Translations under genes and position numbers: made by a program
From: Terriglobia bacterium
Lineage (GTDB): Bacteria; Acidobacteriota; Terriglobia; 20CM-2-55-15
DNA: 64,000 nt
NCBI GenBank assembly: GCA_965218585.1
Contig: CBDCLE010000017.1
Coordinates: 1-64,000, forward strand
Direction: 5' to 3'
Shown here: positions 7,795 to 19,676 of the stretch, piece by piece
Position numbering within the stretch: the stretch's first letter is position 1
How the letters are laid out: each line of letters opens with the position of its first letter
Notes under the pieces: generated by a model
What the model saw: only the letters and a program-made list of their open reading frames with translations
Told to the model about the DNA's origin: nothing
Database searches by the model: none

Positions 7795-9549
7795 CTACTG
7801 ATCCGCATCCTTTGCCTGGAACAAGTCGGCGAGCGTTGCACTGCCATCGTCATCCCCGCGATACGGCTCTTCCTCTTCCTGATGACGTTCAGCCTCTTCC
7901 GGCGTCGCCTTCCAACTTAACCCAATCTTTCGCTCATCGGGATTCAGCTTGATGATCCGAAGTTCAATCTCGTCACCGACTTTGAATCGGGATTCCGGGT
8001 CGTCGCGATCTACCTCATCCAGTTCCGAAACGTGGCACAGACCTTCGATGCCTTCCTCGAGTTCTACAAAAATACCGAACGGCGCGTGGCGGATCACCTC
8101 ACCCTTAACACTTTCGCCCACCTTATGCGTTTCGAAGAATTGATCCCAGCTGTCAGGCTCCAACTGCCGGATGCCTAAAGACAACCGATGGTTGTCCACA
8201 TCGATGTTGAGGATGACCGCGTTCACAAGGTCGCCCTTCTTCAACACCTCGGATGGGTGTTTGATTCGGCGTTGCGAGATGTCCGACACGTGGACCAGGC
8301 CATCGATTCCCTCTTCAACTTCGATAAACGCACCAAAGTCCGTCAGATTGCGAACGCGTCCCGATATCACCGAATCCACGCTATACCTCTCGCCAAGAGT
8401 ACTCCAGGGGTCTGGCTCGATCTGCTTGAGACCCAGTGAAATCCGGCGACTCTCACCGTCCAAGTCGAGAACTACGGCCTCGACCTCCTGCCCTGCCTCA
8501 AGAACCTTCGACGGGTGTTTGACGCGCTTGCTCCACGACATTTCTGAAACGTGAATAAGGCCTTCGACGCCCGTTTCCAATTCCACGAAAGCTCCGTAAT
8601 CGGTGATGTTCACCACTCGGCCCTGAACCCTGGATCCGACCGGATAACGCTCCTGGACGACAGTCCAGGGGTCGGGAGACAGCTGCTTGAATCCCAGCGA
8701 CACCCTTTCTTTTTCACGGTCGAACTTCAGTATCTTCACGCTCGTTTCATCACCCACCTTGAACACCTCTGAGGGGTGGCTCACACGTCCCCACGAAAGA
8801 TCGGTGACATGGAGCAACCCGTCGAGACCACCGAGGTCGACGAATACGCCGTAATCGGTGATGTTCTTGACCACACCTTCGATGATGGCTCCTTCTTCGA
8901 GATTTTCCAGGGTTTCAGATTTCCTCATGTCCAGCTGCTCTTCGAGAACGAGCTTGCGGGACAGGACTATATTGCCGCGCTTGCGATTGAGTTTGATCAC
9001 CCGACACTGGATCTCCTGACCTCTGAGCGAATCCAGATTCTTGATCGGCCGCACGTCGATCTGTGAACCTGGCAAAAACGCTCGCACGCCGATGTCCACA
9101 CTCAGCCCACCCTTGATCCGTTCGACAACGCGGCCTGTCATGACCGCGCCTTCGTTGTAGGCCTTTTCGACGTCCTCCCAGACACGGACTTTTTCCGCCT
9201 TTTCCTTGGAAAGAACGATATGTCCGTCGCGGTCTTCAGTCTTTTCTATGAAGACATCGACCGTATCTCCTGCAGCGACCTCGACTTCGCCGGACTCATT
9301 CTGAAACTGGGCGATCGGAATAAGTCCCTCGGACTTGTATCCGATATCCACAATGGCGTCGGTGGCTGTGATTTTCAGGACTGTGCCTTTGAGAACTTCA
9401 CCTTCTTCAAATTTTCGAAATCCGCCGTACTGATCTAAAAGATCCTCGTAACTCTGTTCCGCTTCGTCTCCTTGGGAAGTGTCGAATTGACCGCTTCCTT
9501 CGTCTTGCTCGGAAGGGGCGTCGGCCAATTCTTCGGGTTTGTTAACCAT
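7795..9549 (-). CDS. rpsA: 30S ribosomal protein S1
   Basis: Six S1 repeats (DYGVFVDLGG, GLIHVSE); RBS aggaga upstream. Confidence 0.97.
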   Translation of the reverse strand: MVNKPEELADAPSEQDEGSGQFDTSQGDEAEQSYEDLLDQYGGFRKFEEGEVLKGTVLKITATDAIVDIGYKSEGLIPIAQFQNESGEVEVAAGDTVDVFIEKTEDRDGHIVLSKEKAEKVRVWEDVEKAYNEGAVMTGRVVERIKGGLSVDIGVRAFLPGSQIDVRPIKNLDSLRGQEIQCRVIKLNRKRGNIVLSRKLVLEEQLDMRKSETLENLEEGAIIEGVVKNITDYGVFVDLGGLDGLLHVTDLSWGRVSHPSEVFKVGDETSVKILKFDREKERVSLGFKQLSPDPWTVVQERYPVGSRVQGRVVNITDYGAFVELETGVEGLIHVSEMSWSKRVKHPSKVLEAGQEVEAVVLDLDGESRRISLGLKQIEPDPWSTLGERYSVDSVISGRVRNLTDFGAFIEVEEGIDGLVHVSDISQRRIKHPSEVLKKGDLVNAVILNIDVDNHRLSLGIRQLEPDSWDQFFETHKVGESVKGEVIRHAPFGIFVELEEGIEGLCHVSELDEVDRDDPESRFKVGDEIELRIIKLNPDERKIGLSWKATPEEAERHQEEEEPYRGDDDGSATLADLFQAKDADQ

Positions 9550-9782
9550 TGGACTTGTCTTCCTCCTGCATTAATTGCGAATCCGTTACGGTACCGGATT
9601 TCACCTACTATTGCAACCTCAGCCAAGCGTCCAAGTCTCTCTCAGCTATCTGATATTCGGGGATTTATCGCGTTGGAGACTCCCCCGGCCGGCCGGGTTT
9701 AGCGACGGAAAACGGAGGTGGAAATTCCCTCCCTCGACTCCGATCTTGTTCAGATTATGCGGGCCACTTATAATGGGTGGTT

Positions 9783-9989
9783 ATGAAAGACGGTATCCAT
9801 CCAGAATACGTCGAAGCGGTCGTCACCTGTGCCTGCGGTGAAACGTTCCGCACCCGATCGACGAAGCCCGAGATCCATCTGGAGATCTGCTCTAAGTGCC
9901 ATCCCTTCTTCACCGGCAAACAGAAGTTGGTCGACACGGCTGGCCGGGTTGAACGATTCCAGCGAAAGTACGCTAAAAACAAGAAGTAG
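9783..9989 (+). CDS. rpmE: 50S ribosomal protein L31 (Zn-binding C+ type)
   Basis: [29 protein letters not shown]. Confidence 0.97.
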   Translation: MKDGIHPEYVEAVVTCACGETFRTRSTKPEIHLEICSKCHPFFTGKQKLVDTAGRVERFQRKYAKNKK

Positions 9990-10055
9990 GTGGCCCGCGG
10001 AAATTCTTCCCTACGTGAAGTGTATCTGTTTGAGACCACAGACCAGGATTGAGCG

Positions 10056-11144
10056 ATGAATGACGAACTTCTTGTCGAAAAACTGGCAACGTTGGAACAG
10101 CGCTACGAGGAACTGACCACCGAACTCGGCGATCCGGAAGTCGTGGCCGATAATCGCCGCTACCAGAAGACCGCCAAGGCCCACAGCGAGCTCAGCGAGA
10201 TCGTCTCCAGGTTCGACGAATACAGAACCCTCCGGACTAGGCTTGCTGAAACGCGGACCATGGTCGCCGACGCCGACTCGGATCCGGAGATGCGTGCCAT
10301 GGTGACCGAGGAACTGGAGGCTCTTGAAACCAGCCTGGAAACCTGCCGTCAGGACCTGAGACTCCTCCTGCTGCCAAAGGACCCCAACGACGAGCGAAAT
10401 GTGATTCTCGAAATCCGAGCGGGTACAGGTGGAGACGAAGCTACCCTCTTCACGGCCGACCTGTTCCGGATGTACTCCCGCTATGCCGAGCGCCAGGGCT
10501 GGCGAATCGAGATCATGTCCTCCAACCCTACAGGGGTCGGAGGCTTTAAGGAAGTCATCCTTCTGATCGAGGGCAAGAAGGTCTACAGCCGCCTGAAATA
10601 TGAAAGCGGCGTTCACAGGGTCCAGCGAGTGCCTGCGACCGAAACCAGTGGCAGGACGCACACCTCTGCCGTAACTGTTGCAGTTCTTCCCGAAGCCGAT
10701 GAAGTGGAGGTCGCTATCAAAGAAAAGGACATCCGGATCGATACGTTCTGTTCCTCGGGACCCGGAGGTCAAAGCGTCAACACAACCTACTCGGCCGTTC
10801 GCATCACCCACCTTCCCACCGGACTGGTCGTTTCATGTCAGGACGAAAAATCTCAGATCAAGAACAGAGCCAAGGCACTTCGTGTGCTGCGCTCGCGCCT
10901 CTTCGACCTTGAGCTGGAGAAACAACAGCAGGCCGTGGCGGATGAGCGACGCTCTATGGTCGGCACGGGAGACCGGAGTGAAAAAATCCGGACCTATAAT
11001 TACCCCCAGAACCGGGTGACCGACCACAGAATAGGCCTGACTCTGCACCGGCTGGAAACTGTAACCTCCGGGGAACTCGACGATATCCTGGAAGCACTTA
11101 CCACGCACTATCAGGCGGAACGACTGAAGAAAGAAGTGGCGTGA
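10056..11144 (+). CDS. prfA: Peptide chain release factor 1
   Basis: GGQ motif, PAT tripeptide (RVPATE), RSEKIRTYN. Confidence 0.97.
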   Translation: MNDELLVEKLATLEQRYEELTTELGDPEVVADNRRYQKTAKAHSELSEIVSRFDEYRTLRTRLAETRTMVADADSDPEMRAMVTEELEALETSLETCRQDLRLLLLPKDPNDERNVILEIRAGTGGDEATLFTADLFRMYSRYAERQGWRIEIMSSNPTGVGGFKEVILLIEGKKVYSRLKYESGVHRVQRVPATETSGRTHTSAVTVAVLPEADEVEVAIKEKDIRIDTFCSSGPGGQSVNTTYSAVRITHLPTGLVVSCQDEKSQIKNRAKALRVLRSRLFDLELEKQQQAVADERRSMVGTGDRSEKIRTYNYPQNRVTDHRIGLTLHRLETVTSGELDDILEALTTHYQAERLKKEVA

Positions 11145-11971
11145 CGCTGGGCGAAACTCTCGCGGCCGCAACCGGGTCCCTCGAAGAGAACCGGATTCCT
11201 TCCCCGCGCTTGACCGCCGAAGTCTTACTCGCACATTGCATGCAAGTCGAGAAGGCGCGGCTTCACTCTCACAGCGAGGATCCCCTTAGCAATGAGAAAG
11301 AGATGGCTTTCAACTCGATGCTCGCCCGCCGGATCAAAGGCGAACCGCTTCAATACATCACCGGCGTTCAGGAATTCTATGGAAGAACCTTTCATGTAGA
11401 TCCTTCCGTGCTCATTCCCCGTCCAGAAACCGAGTTCGTCATCGAGACGGTTCTTGAACAAATCACGCGGTCCAGTTCGACGATCGTCGATATCGGAACC
11501 GGTTCGGGTTGCATCGCCTGTACGCTGGCCCTGGAATTGCCCGACGCTTCGGTATCGGCATCGGACGTGTCACCCGAAGCAGTACAGACGGCAAGAAGAA
11601 ACGCTCACGCACTGGGTGCATCTGTAAATTTCGTGTGTCTGGAGTCGCTCGACGCCTGGTCGGGTCCGTTCGACGCGGTTGTTTCCAACCCACCCTACGT
11701 GAGAAGTGACGAACACGGCGGGCTCCAACGTGAGGTCCGTGACTTCGAACCCGGCATAGCTCTGGTCGGGGACCCAAACCCCTTCAGCCTCTACCGCCAT
11801 CTCTGCTCCCAGGCCCTGGAACGACTCGTCGAGGGCGGCATTCTCGTTTTTGAAATCGGGTTTTCGATGGAAGAGGCTATACGAGGATTATTCGGTAGTG
11901 GCTGGGAACTGTTGCCGACGCGCTGTGACCTTCAGGGAATCCCCCGTGTCATAGCTGCCCACAAGCGATGA
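11141..11971 (+). CDS. prmC: Release factor glutamine methyltransferase
   Basis: [15 protein letters not shown] and NPPY motifs; directly follows prfA. Confidence 0.95.
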   Translation: MTLGETLAAATGSLEENRIPSPRLTAEVLLAHCMQVEKARLHSHSEDPLSNEKEMAFNSMLARRIKGEPLQYITGVQEFYGRTFHVDPSVLIPRPETEFVIETVLEQITRSSSTIVDIGTGSGCIACTLALELPDASVSASDVSPEAVQTARRNAHALGASVNFVCLESLDAWSGPFDAVVSNPPYVRSDEHGGLQREVRDFEPGIALVGDPNPFSLYRHLCSQALERLVEGGILVFEIGFSMEEAIRGLFGSGWELLPTRCDLQGIPRVIAAHKR

Positions 11972-12143
11972 CCGAACCCGTCAGGAAACTGCAGAACACG
12001 TTATGCTAAGAGAAGTACCCGCCCTCTGAAGATCTTACGGGGTTTTTGTCTAGACGAAGTTTTGACAACTGAGCTAAGATTCGACCCGCGCCTCCGAAGC
12101 CATACCGATTGCTGCAGTCTTTGACTTCGGAGCGAGGATTTTT

Positions 12144-13361
12144 ATGAAACGGCTCCTCCTCATCGTCCTCCTGGGAAGTCTCGCAGATCCACTGTTTGCT
12201 CAAGACGATCAGGAACAGGCGAACCGCATGAGCCGCATTTCCAAGATCGGTGCAACCACATCGGGAGATCGCGGCACGTTCACGGTTCCAGCCGTTGAAA
12301 CCCTGAACCGAAACCAGCTTTCCTTTGGCTTCGGCTGGAACAATTTCGACCGCACCCCCCGGGACCTGGACATTAACTCCGTGCCGGCGTTCATCTCCTA
12401 CGGTCTCACCGGCCGTATTACAGTCACCGGAACCTTTGAAACCCAAAAGCAGATCGCCGCACGCAACCTGTCTCAGCCCGGCTTCTTCACTCGGCTGCCT
12501 TTCATCGACAGCCGATACTCGGAAGGTTTTGGCGATACGATCCTCAGCGCGAAATACCGCATTCAGAGAAGGCCCGACAACGTTGGTGGCATCAGCCTTT
12601 CCGGCTTTGTAAAACTTCCGACGGCCGACGAAACACAAGGGTTGGGAACGGGTAAAGTGGACGGGGGTATCGACCTTTTGTTCACTTCTGTTCTGCCACT
12701 GGGTTTCCTGCTGCATTCAAGCATGGGACTGGTGGCGACCTCGGACCCTGAAGTGCCTGTACCTGTCGGATTGAAGGACGAAATGCGGAGCGGTATCGGA
12801 GTGGCCTGGCCTTCGGCCGGTATCCAGCTACCGGGGAACGAACGCTTCATTCAGGCGATCTTCGAATATACGACTGTCACGTTCATCGGCGCCGGATCGG
12901 TCAACGACGTCATTCAGAGTCCGTCCGACCTCACAATCGGCTTCCGGTATTCGAGCCTCGGACAGGGCTTAGCCATCAATACAGGCTATCGACGTAACTC
13001 AAATTTTGACTTAGACTTTCCTAGCAATACTGAAAGTGATGGCTTTATTTTTGGAGTGACCTATACCCAGCCGGTCGAGCCTATCCTGACGAACAACTTT
13101 CCCCTCGTCGTCCTCGAAGCCCCCTCCGATGAGGTGGCATCGGGCGACTCCCTGGAGATCACCGCAACAGCTTTCGATGCTGATGGTGACGATCTCACCT
13201 ATACCTGGAATACGACCGGAGGGCAGGTGGTCGGTACCGGGGACACGGTGACGTTTGACCCGTCAGGCCTTGGGCCCGGGCCCTATACCGTTCGGGTTGT
13301 CGTCTCCGATGGGCAGGGTGGAACCAGTCAGGCCGAGGTGGTTGTGACCGTCACGCAGTAA
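12144..13361 (+). CDS. Secreted/outer-membrane beta-rich protein with C-terminal PKD/Ig-like domain
   Basis: Signal peptide; amphipathic strands (GFGDTILSAKY, GLGTGKVDGG); C-terminal DADGDDLTYTW...YTVRVVVSDGQGG. Confidence 0.65.
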   Translation: MKRLLLIVLLGSLADPLFAQDDQEQANRMSRISKIGATTSGDRGTFTVPAVETLNRNQLSFGFGWNNFDRTPRDLDINSVPAFISYGLTGRITVTGTFETQKQIAARNLSQPGFFTRLPFIDSRYSEGFGDTILSAKYRIQRRPDNVGGISLSGFVKLPTADETQGLGTGKVDGGIDLLFTSVLPLGFLLHSSMGLVATSDPEVPVPVGLKDEMRSGIGVAWPSAGIQLPGNERFIQAIFEYTTVTFIGAGSVNDVIQSPSDLTIGFRYSSLGQGLAINTGYRRNSNFDLDFPSNTESDGFIFGVTYTQPVEPILTNNFPLVVLEAPSDEVASGDSLEITATAFDADGDDLTYTWNTTGGQVVGTGDTVTFDPSGLGPGPYTVRVVVSDGQGGTSQAEVVVTVTQ

Positions 13362-13366
13362 GCCAG

Positions 13367-14314
13367 TTATTTCTCACTCGACACTTCTTTCCTGTACCAG
13401 TCGATTGTTTGTTCAAGCCCGGCCTTGAAGAGGACCGAAGGATTCCAGCCCAGGGTTTCGCGCGCATTGGAAATGTCAGCCAGGGAGTGGCGAATGTCGC
13501 CGATTCGTGGATCTTCATGAACGGGTTCAACCTGACTCCCGGTCAGAGAAAGCGTCTTATCCAAAACCTCCTGGACTGTTGTCTCTTTTCCGGAAGCCAC
13601 GTTGAACGCTCTCCCCGGGGCACCCTCTGCCTCTGCGGCACGAAGGTTGGCGCGAACCACATCATCAACGAAGACGAAATCCCGTGTCTGAAGGCCGTCT
13701 CCGTAGATCGTGGGGGGACGTGCATCGAGAACAGCGGGGATAAACCTCGCAAAGACACCGCTGTACTCTGAAGAAGCGTCCTGGCGTGGACCGAACACGT
13801 TGAAATACCTCAGGGAAACGGTTCCGAGACCGAAGCTCTGCCCGAAAACGTGCGCGTAGACTTCCCCGAAATACTTCTGGGCGCCGTATGGAGACGTAGG
13901 CTCGGCCACCATGTCTTCACGTTTCGGAAGCGTCGGGTCGTCGCCATAGACGGCTGAAGACGAAGCGTAGACAACCCGGCCGACACCCGCGTCCCGGCAG
14001 GCCACCAGGAGCCTCAGCGTTGCTGTGATGTTGGCCTGATGGGATGCCAGCGGCTCACTGATCGATCTTGGGACTGAAGGAATCGCCGCCTGGTGAAAGA
14101 CGGTATCGACTCGGGCCAGGTGCCGCTCGAGATTCGTCTCGGTGGCAAGATCCACCTGTCGGAGGTCAACGGAAGGTCCAGCGCCGGAAAGGTTCTCTGC
14201 CTTTCCCGTGGAGAGATTGTCGAGAACGATGACATTGTCTCCGCGGGCAATGAGAGCGTCAGTGATGTGCGAGCCGATAAACCCGGCTCCACCGGTGACG
14301 ACATGAACAGCCAA
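13367..14314 (-). CDS. NAD-dependent epimerase/dehydratase (UDP-sugar 4-epimerase-like SDR)
   Basis: TGGAGFIG, YASSSAVYG, YGAQK, RYFNVFGP; TTG start at 14314 after GGAGG. Confidence 0.9.
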   Translation of the reverse strand: MAVHVVTGGAGFIGSHITDALIARGDNVIVLDNLSTGKAENLSGAGPSVDLRQVDLATETNLERHLARVDTVFHQAAIPSVPRSISEPLASHQANITATLRLLVACRDAGVGRVVYASSSAVYGDDPTLPKREDMVAEPTSPYGAQKYFGEVYAHVFGQSFGLGTVSLRYFNVFGPRQDASSEYSGVFARFIPAVLDARPPTIYGDGLQTRDFVFVDDVVRANLRAAEAEGAPGRAFNVASGKETTVQEVLDKTLSLTGSQVEPVHEDPRIGDIRHSLADISNARETLGWNPSVLFKAGLEQTIDWYRKEVSSEK

Positions 14315-14344
14315 CGCACCTCCGTGACGGTCTTCTTCTGAAAA

Positions 14345-14752
14345 TCTGCTGCGGGTGGACTGTAAGCCGAATTCTGTTCCCCAGCCTAAGCCGGGGCGGC
14401 AATCATTCATCTGGGTTCCGGATTTCGCCGGAACTCGAGCAGCCTACCCGGAAGCTCGGACGGGCCGTCCTCCGACGCGCCAAAGCGCGCCTCACTTCCC
14501 TATTTGGCCTTGCTCCGTGTGGGGTTTGCCAAGCCGGCCCGTTACCGGACCGCTGGTGCGCTCTTACCGCACCTTTTCACCCTTACCGCTTGGGAAATAG
14601 GGCTCTGACCCCAATTTCGAACAGCGGCGGTATATTTTCTGTGACACTTTCCGTCCCTCTCGGGCCCCCGAGTTACGGGGCACACTGCCCTGTGGAGTTC
14701 GGACTTTCCTCTCCCTTAACGGAAGCGATTGCCCGCCCACCCGCACTGCAGA
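14345..14752 (-). ncRNA. rnpB: RNase P RNA (type A)
   Basis: GAGGAAAGUCCGAACUC, GGAAAGUGUCACAGAAA, GGUAAGAGCGCACC and ACAGAAUUCGGCUUAC; ends pair as P1 (GCGGGUGGGC/GUCCACCCGC). Confidence 0.96.
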
Positions 14753-14807
14753 CAGTTCCAATATAGCAAACAGCCCTCGGCTATCGGCCTCGAGCTCTCA
14801 GTCATCA

Positions 14808-15728
14808 CTAATTCTTGATCCGTTCCCAGAGCTGGGCGAGTTCACCGGGCATCCCGGAATGAAAAGCCATCGTGTTCCCGGTCGCCGGATGAGGAAACTC
14901 GAGGTCGGAAGCGTGCAGGTAATAACGATCGAATTCACCCCATTTACGTACAAATGCCCCATGACGTTTCTCGCCATATGTCGTGTCGCCGATCACGGGA
15001 TGCCCGATCGCGCTTAAATGAACTCGAATCTGATGGGTCCGCCCTGTACGTATCCTGACCTCGAGCAGCGAAAATGAGGCGGATCGTTCCAATACGCGAT
15101 AGTCCGAATGTGCAGCCCGTCCACCACGGGGCCGAACAGCCATTCGCGTTCGCTTGCCCGGATGCCTCCCAATGCTGAAATCTATTGTTCCCGTTTCATC
15201 CCGCAGGCGACCGTGAACAAGCGCGATATACGACTTTCGAACCTGCCGTTTTTCGAAACTCTGTGAAAGCCTGTAATGTGCATCGTTGTTCTTCGCAACC
15301 AGAATTAAGCCCGATGTCCACCTGTCCAACCGGTGCACGATGCCCGGACGGGAAGATCCTCCCGCATCCGACAGATCCGGGAACCGGGCCTTGAGCGCGT
15401 TCACGAGCGTACCCTGTCGATTGCCCGCACCCGGATGCACAACCATGCCTGCAGGTTTTTCTATGACTGCCAGCGATCGATCTTCATAGTGAACCTCCAG
15501 GGGAATCGATTCGGCCTCCACCGTCAGGGGTTCGGGAGCCGGGGGTTCAACCTGGATCAGGTCTCCGGCCTGAAGGCGATACCCTGCCTTTTCAGTTTCG
15601 CCGTTCACCAGAATGGCACCGCGACGATTCATAGTCTGGAGCCGGGACCGGGTCAGGTCTTCAAAAAAACGAGTCAGGAAGATATCGAGCCGCGTACCGC
15701 GGTCCTCAGGCCCGGCTTCGAATCTCAT
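14808..15728 (-). CDS. rluD: RluA-family pseudouridine synthase (RluD-like, with S4 domain)
   Basis: KPAGMVVHP, HRLD and TGRTHQIRVH motifs. Confidence 0.88.
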   Translation of the reverse strand: MRFEAGPEDRGTRLDIFLTRFFEDLTRSRLQTMNRRGAILVNGETEKAGYRLQAGDLIQVEPPAPEPLTVEAESIPLEVHYEDRSLAVIEKPAGMVVHPGAGNRQGTLVNALKARFPDLSDAGGSSRPGIVHRLDRWTSGLILVAKNNDAHYRLSQSFEKRQVRKSYIALVHGRLRDETGTIDFSIGRHPGKRTRMAVRPRGGRAAHSDYRVLERSASFSLLEVRIRTGRTHQIRVHLSAIGHPVIGDTTYGEKRHGAFVRKWGEFDRYYLHASDLEFPHPATGNTMAFHSGMPGELAQLWERIKN

Positions 15729-16218
15729 CTCGGATGACTTCTATGGCGAGTACCCCCACACCGATCGATATGGCTGTGTCCGCTATGTTGAATGTGGGCC
15801 AGGAGTACGACCCCAGGTAAAATTCGAGGAAATCGACAACGTACCCGTATACCAGACGGTCATAGAGATTGCCCAGCGCACCTCCCAGTATGAGTGCAAG
15901 GGCGGTCTGGAGGAGACGTTGACTGACCGGACTCTGAACGCTGTAGATGACGACGATCACGGCGGCGGCAACGGCGAAACCCGAGAGGAGGACAACCCTG
16001 AAGGGAGACCCGGATGAGGCAAACAGCCCGAACGCCACGCCCGTGTTCTGAACGTAGTTCAGATCAAAGAAACCGGGAACGACCGTCAGGCCCTCTCCCA
16101 ACCCGAAACGCTGATCGATGAAGAACTTTGTCAGCCGGTCGATGATGACCACACCGGCACTCAAAGCGAGATAAGGCAATCTTTCGCTGACAATGGAACT
16201 GGTCGGTGTAGACGTCAT
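15706..16218 (-). CDS. lspA: Lipoprotein signal peptidase II
   Basis: NTGVAFG, GALGNLYDR, VVDF and FNIAD motifs. Confidence 0.95.
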   Translation of the reverse strand: MTSTPTSSIVSERLPYLALSAGVVIIDRLTKFFIDQRFGLGEGLTVVPGFFDLNYVQNTGVAFGLFASSGSPFRVVLLSGFAVAAAVIVVIYSVQSPVSQRLLQTALALILGGALGNLYDRLVYGYVVDFLEFYLGSYSWPTFNIADTAISIGVGVLAIEVIRDEIRSRA

Positions 16219-16299
16219 ATGATAATCGGTAACTATGGTATTCTTGAAAACGTAAACCATAGTATAGACAAGTCAATTCGAGGTTATTGGCGCGATCGC

Positions 16300-17394
16300 A
16301 TGAAGGCTCCCGAAAAGAAAGACTCGACTCCGAGTTTTGGATCGGTTCCGTCCGATTCCTGGATCGTCTCCCTCGGCAGAAACCTCAGCCAACTCGCCGA
16401 GGAACGCAAGAACCCACCGGCCAAACCCGAGCTGTCTGCCGAGAGTGATCCTTCAGCCCTCGACAACCTCGTTGACATGCCCAGTCCGTTCATCTCTTTG
16501 ATCGAACAGGTACGCACGGGCATCGACGACATCCTCCATCCAAAGGAAAAATTTGAAGCTTCGGCTGAACCGGTCGAAGTGGAGGAAGTCTGGTCCGCAC
16601 ACAGCCTGACCACACCCGGGGCTATCTCCATGGCAGCCCATGTCCTGGTGGTTGTACTGATGCTGGTTCCCCTCTTCGGGTCGGGGCGTGACGGATTCCA
16701 GGTCACAGAAACATTTATTCCCCTGGTAACACCACCGTTGATCCTGAACCTGCCCGAAGAAGACGATCAGGCCGGGGGTGGCGGAGGTGGTGGACAGCTG
16801 GAAGAAACCCCACCGTCCTTGGGAGAGTTGCCCGAACCGGATGATCAACAGCTGGTCCCCCCGACTCCTGAGATACTCAACTTCGACCCGATTCTCGTGG
16901 CGGCGCCCACAGTGGTCGCCCCGCAGTTGGTCGATCCCGATGAAACATTCGACCTGGCAATGCTCGGAGATTTTCAGGGTATTCCAGGACCTCCCTCAGC
17001 CGGTCCCGGAGTGGGCGGGGGCATCGGAACCGGACAGGGACGTGGCGTCGGCGAAGGTGGTGGTCCCGGAGTGGGCGAAGGCGAAGGTGGCGGTTTCGGC
17101 GGTGGAGTCTTCAGCGTCGGGGGCGGTGTGACAATACCCACCCTTCTTTCACAGATCCTGCCCGAGTACTCGGAAGAGGCCCGCAAGGCAAAATACCAGG
17201 GAACGGTCATCCTGGAGACCATAGTACGCAGAGACGGAACGGTCGAAGTTGTCAGAGTGAGCCGGAGCCTCGGATTTGGTCTCGACGACAAGGCTATTGA
17301 AGCCGTGACCAAGTGGCGGTTCCGGCCCGGAATGCGCAACGGCGAAGCCGTCGATGTTGCACTAAAGATCGAGGTCAACTTCAACCTCAGATAG
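16300..17394 (+). CDS. TonB-family energy transducer with Gly-rich linker
   Basis: TM helix with S..AH, Pro/Gly-rich linker, TonB C-terminal domain (PEYSEEARKAKYQG...WRFRPG). Confidence 0.85.
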   Translation: MKAPEKKDSTPSFGSVPSDSWIVSLGRNLSQLAEERKNPPAKPELSAESDPSALDNLVDMPSPFISLIEQVRTGIDDILHPKEKFEASAEPVEVEEVWSAHSLTTPGAISMAAHVLVVVLMLVPLFGSGRDGFQVTETFIPLVTPPLILNLPEEDDQAGGGGGGGQLEETPPSLGELPEPDDQQLVPPTPEILNFDPILVAAPTVVAPQLVDPDETFDLAMLGDFQGIPGPPSAGPGVGGGIGTGQGRGVGEGGGPGVGEGEGGGFGGGVFSVGGGVTIPTLLSQILPEYSEEARKAKYQGTVILETIVRRDGTVEVVRVSRSLGFGLDDKAIEAVTKWRFRPGMRNGEAVDVALKIEVNFNLR

Positions 17395-17404
17395 CTTTTC
17401 CCCT

Positions 17405-17558
17405 GGGGACTGACACCTCTGTCCCCAAGCCTTACCTTCCAGTCCAGGACAAACATAGCAGTGTGGACTGAAGGTGTCTGTCCCCCCATCTCCACTTCCC
17501 CCAAGCACCACTTTCAGATCAAGCCAAACGTGGCAGTGTGGACTGAGGTGTCTGTCCC
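17405..17558. repeat. Cluster of GGGACAG/CTGTCCC-type REP-like repeats
   Basis: Imperfect palindrome ggggactgacacctctgtcccc plus two ~35-bp direct repeats (17450-17484, 17525-17558) ending ggtgtctgtccc. Confidence 0.65.
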
Positions 17559-17582
17559 GTTTTTTGTGGTAACTTCACCCCC

Positions 17583-18761
<1,179 letters not shown>

Positions 18762-18773
18762 GCAGAAGAATCA

Positions 18774-19625
18774 ATGCCAACAATAAAATCAGTCGGTGTC
18801 ATCGGTGCCGGAACGATGGGAAACGGCATTGCGCATGTCGCTGCGCGCCGAGGCCTGTCAGTCGTTCTTTGTGACGTGGATACGGAGTTTTTAGATCGCG
18901 CTTTGTCCACGATTTCACGAAATATGGATCGAGAAATCGGCAAGGGCAAACTCACCGAGGCCGGCAAGAAGGCAGCCCTGGACCGAATTGCTCTCACAAC
19001 GGACTGGGAACCTCTGAAGGAAGTCGACTTTCTGATTGAGGCCGTCAGCGAAGACCTTGAGGTGAAATCGGAGATTTTCAGGAAAGCCGATCACATCACA
19101 AAACCCGACGTCGTTCTGGCATCCAATACGTCATCGATTTCGATCACGGAGATCGCTAGTGTTACCCGGCGTCCGGAAAAAGTCATCGGCATGCATTTCA
19201 TGAACCCGGTACCGATGATGCAGCTGGTCGAAGTCGTTCGGGGCCAGAAGACCTCGGAGGACACGATCGCCCAGACTCATGGTCTGGCCGAGGATCTGGG
19301 GAAGAAACCTGTCGAGGTCAATGACCGTCCCGGATTCGTGTCGAACCGAATACTGATCCCCATGATCAACGAAGCGGCATTCTGCCTGATGGAAGGCGTG
19401 GGAACGGCCGAAGCGATCGACACGGTGATGGAGCTGGGAATGCGGCACCCTATGGGTCCACTTGCCCTGGCCGATCTGATCGGTCTTGACGTCTGCCTGA
19501 ACATCATGGAGGTCCTCCACGAAGGCCTGGTGGACTCCAAATACAGGCCCTGTCCCCTGCTCCGGGAGATGGTCGATGCCGGTCATCTTGGGCGAAAAAC
19601 AGGTCACGGCTTCTACAGTTATTAA
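18774..19625 (+). CDS. hbd: 3-hydroxybutyryl-CoA dehydrogenase
   Basis: GAGTMG, SNTSS, GMHFMNP and HPMGP motifs. Confidence 0.92.
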   Translation: MPTIKSVGVIGAGTMGNGIAHVAARRGLSVVLCDVDTEFLDRALSTISRNMDREIGKGKLTEAGKKAALDRIALTTDWEPLKEVDFLIEAVSEDLEVKSEIFRKADHITKPDVVLASNTSSISITEIASVTRRPEKVIGMHFMNPVPMMQLVEVVRGQKTSEDTIAQTHGLAEDLGKKPVEVNDRPGFVSNRILIPMINEAAFCLMEGVGTAEAIDTVMELGMRHPMGPLALADLIGLDVCLNIMEVLHEGLVDSKYRPCPLLREMVDAGHLGRKTGHGFYSY

Positions 19626-19676
19626 GAGTTCGGGCAAAGGGACCTCAACTGGCCCACCCCTTAAGGATTCTTAGGC

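Noticed and set aside
16960-17130. G-rich low-complexity repeat
   Set aside because: Encodes the Gly-rich linker of the TonB protein
17450-17558. Possible mini-CRISPR (two ~35-bp repeats)
   Set aside because: Only two imperfect copies, no cas genes, and the core motif is dispersed like a REP
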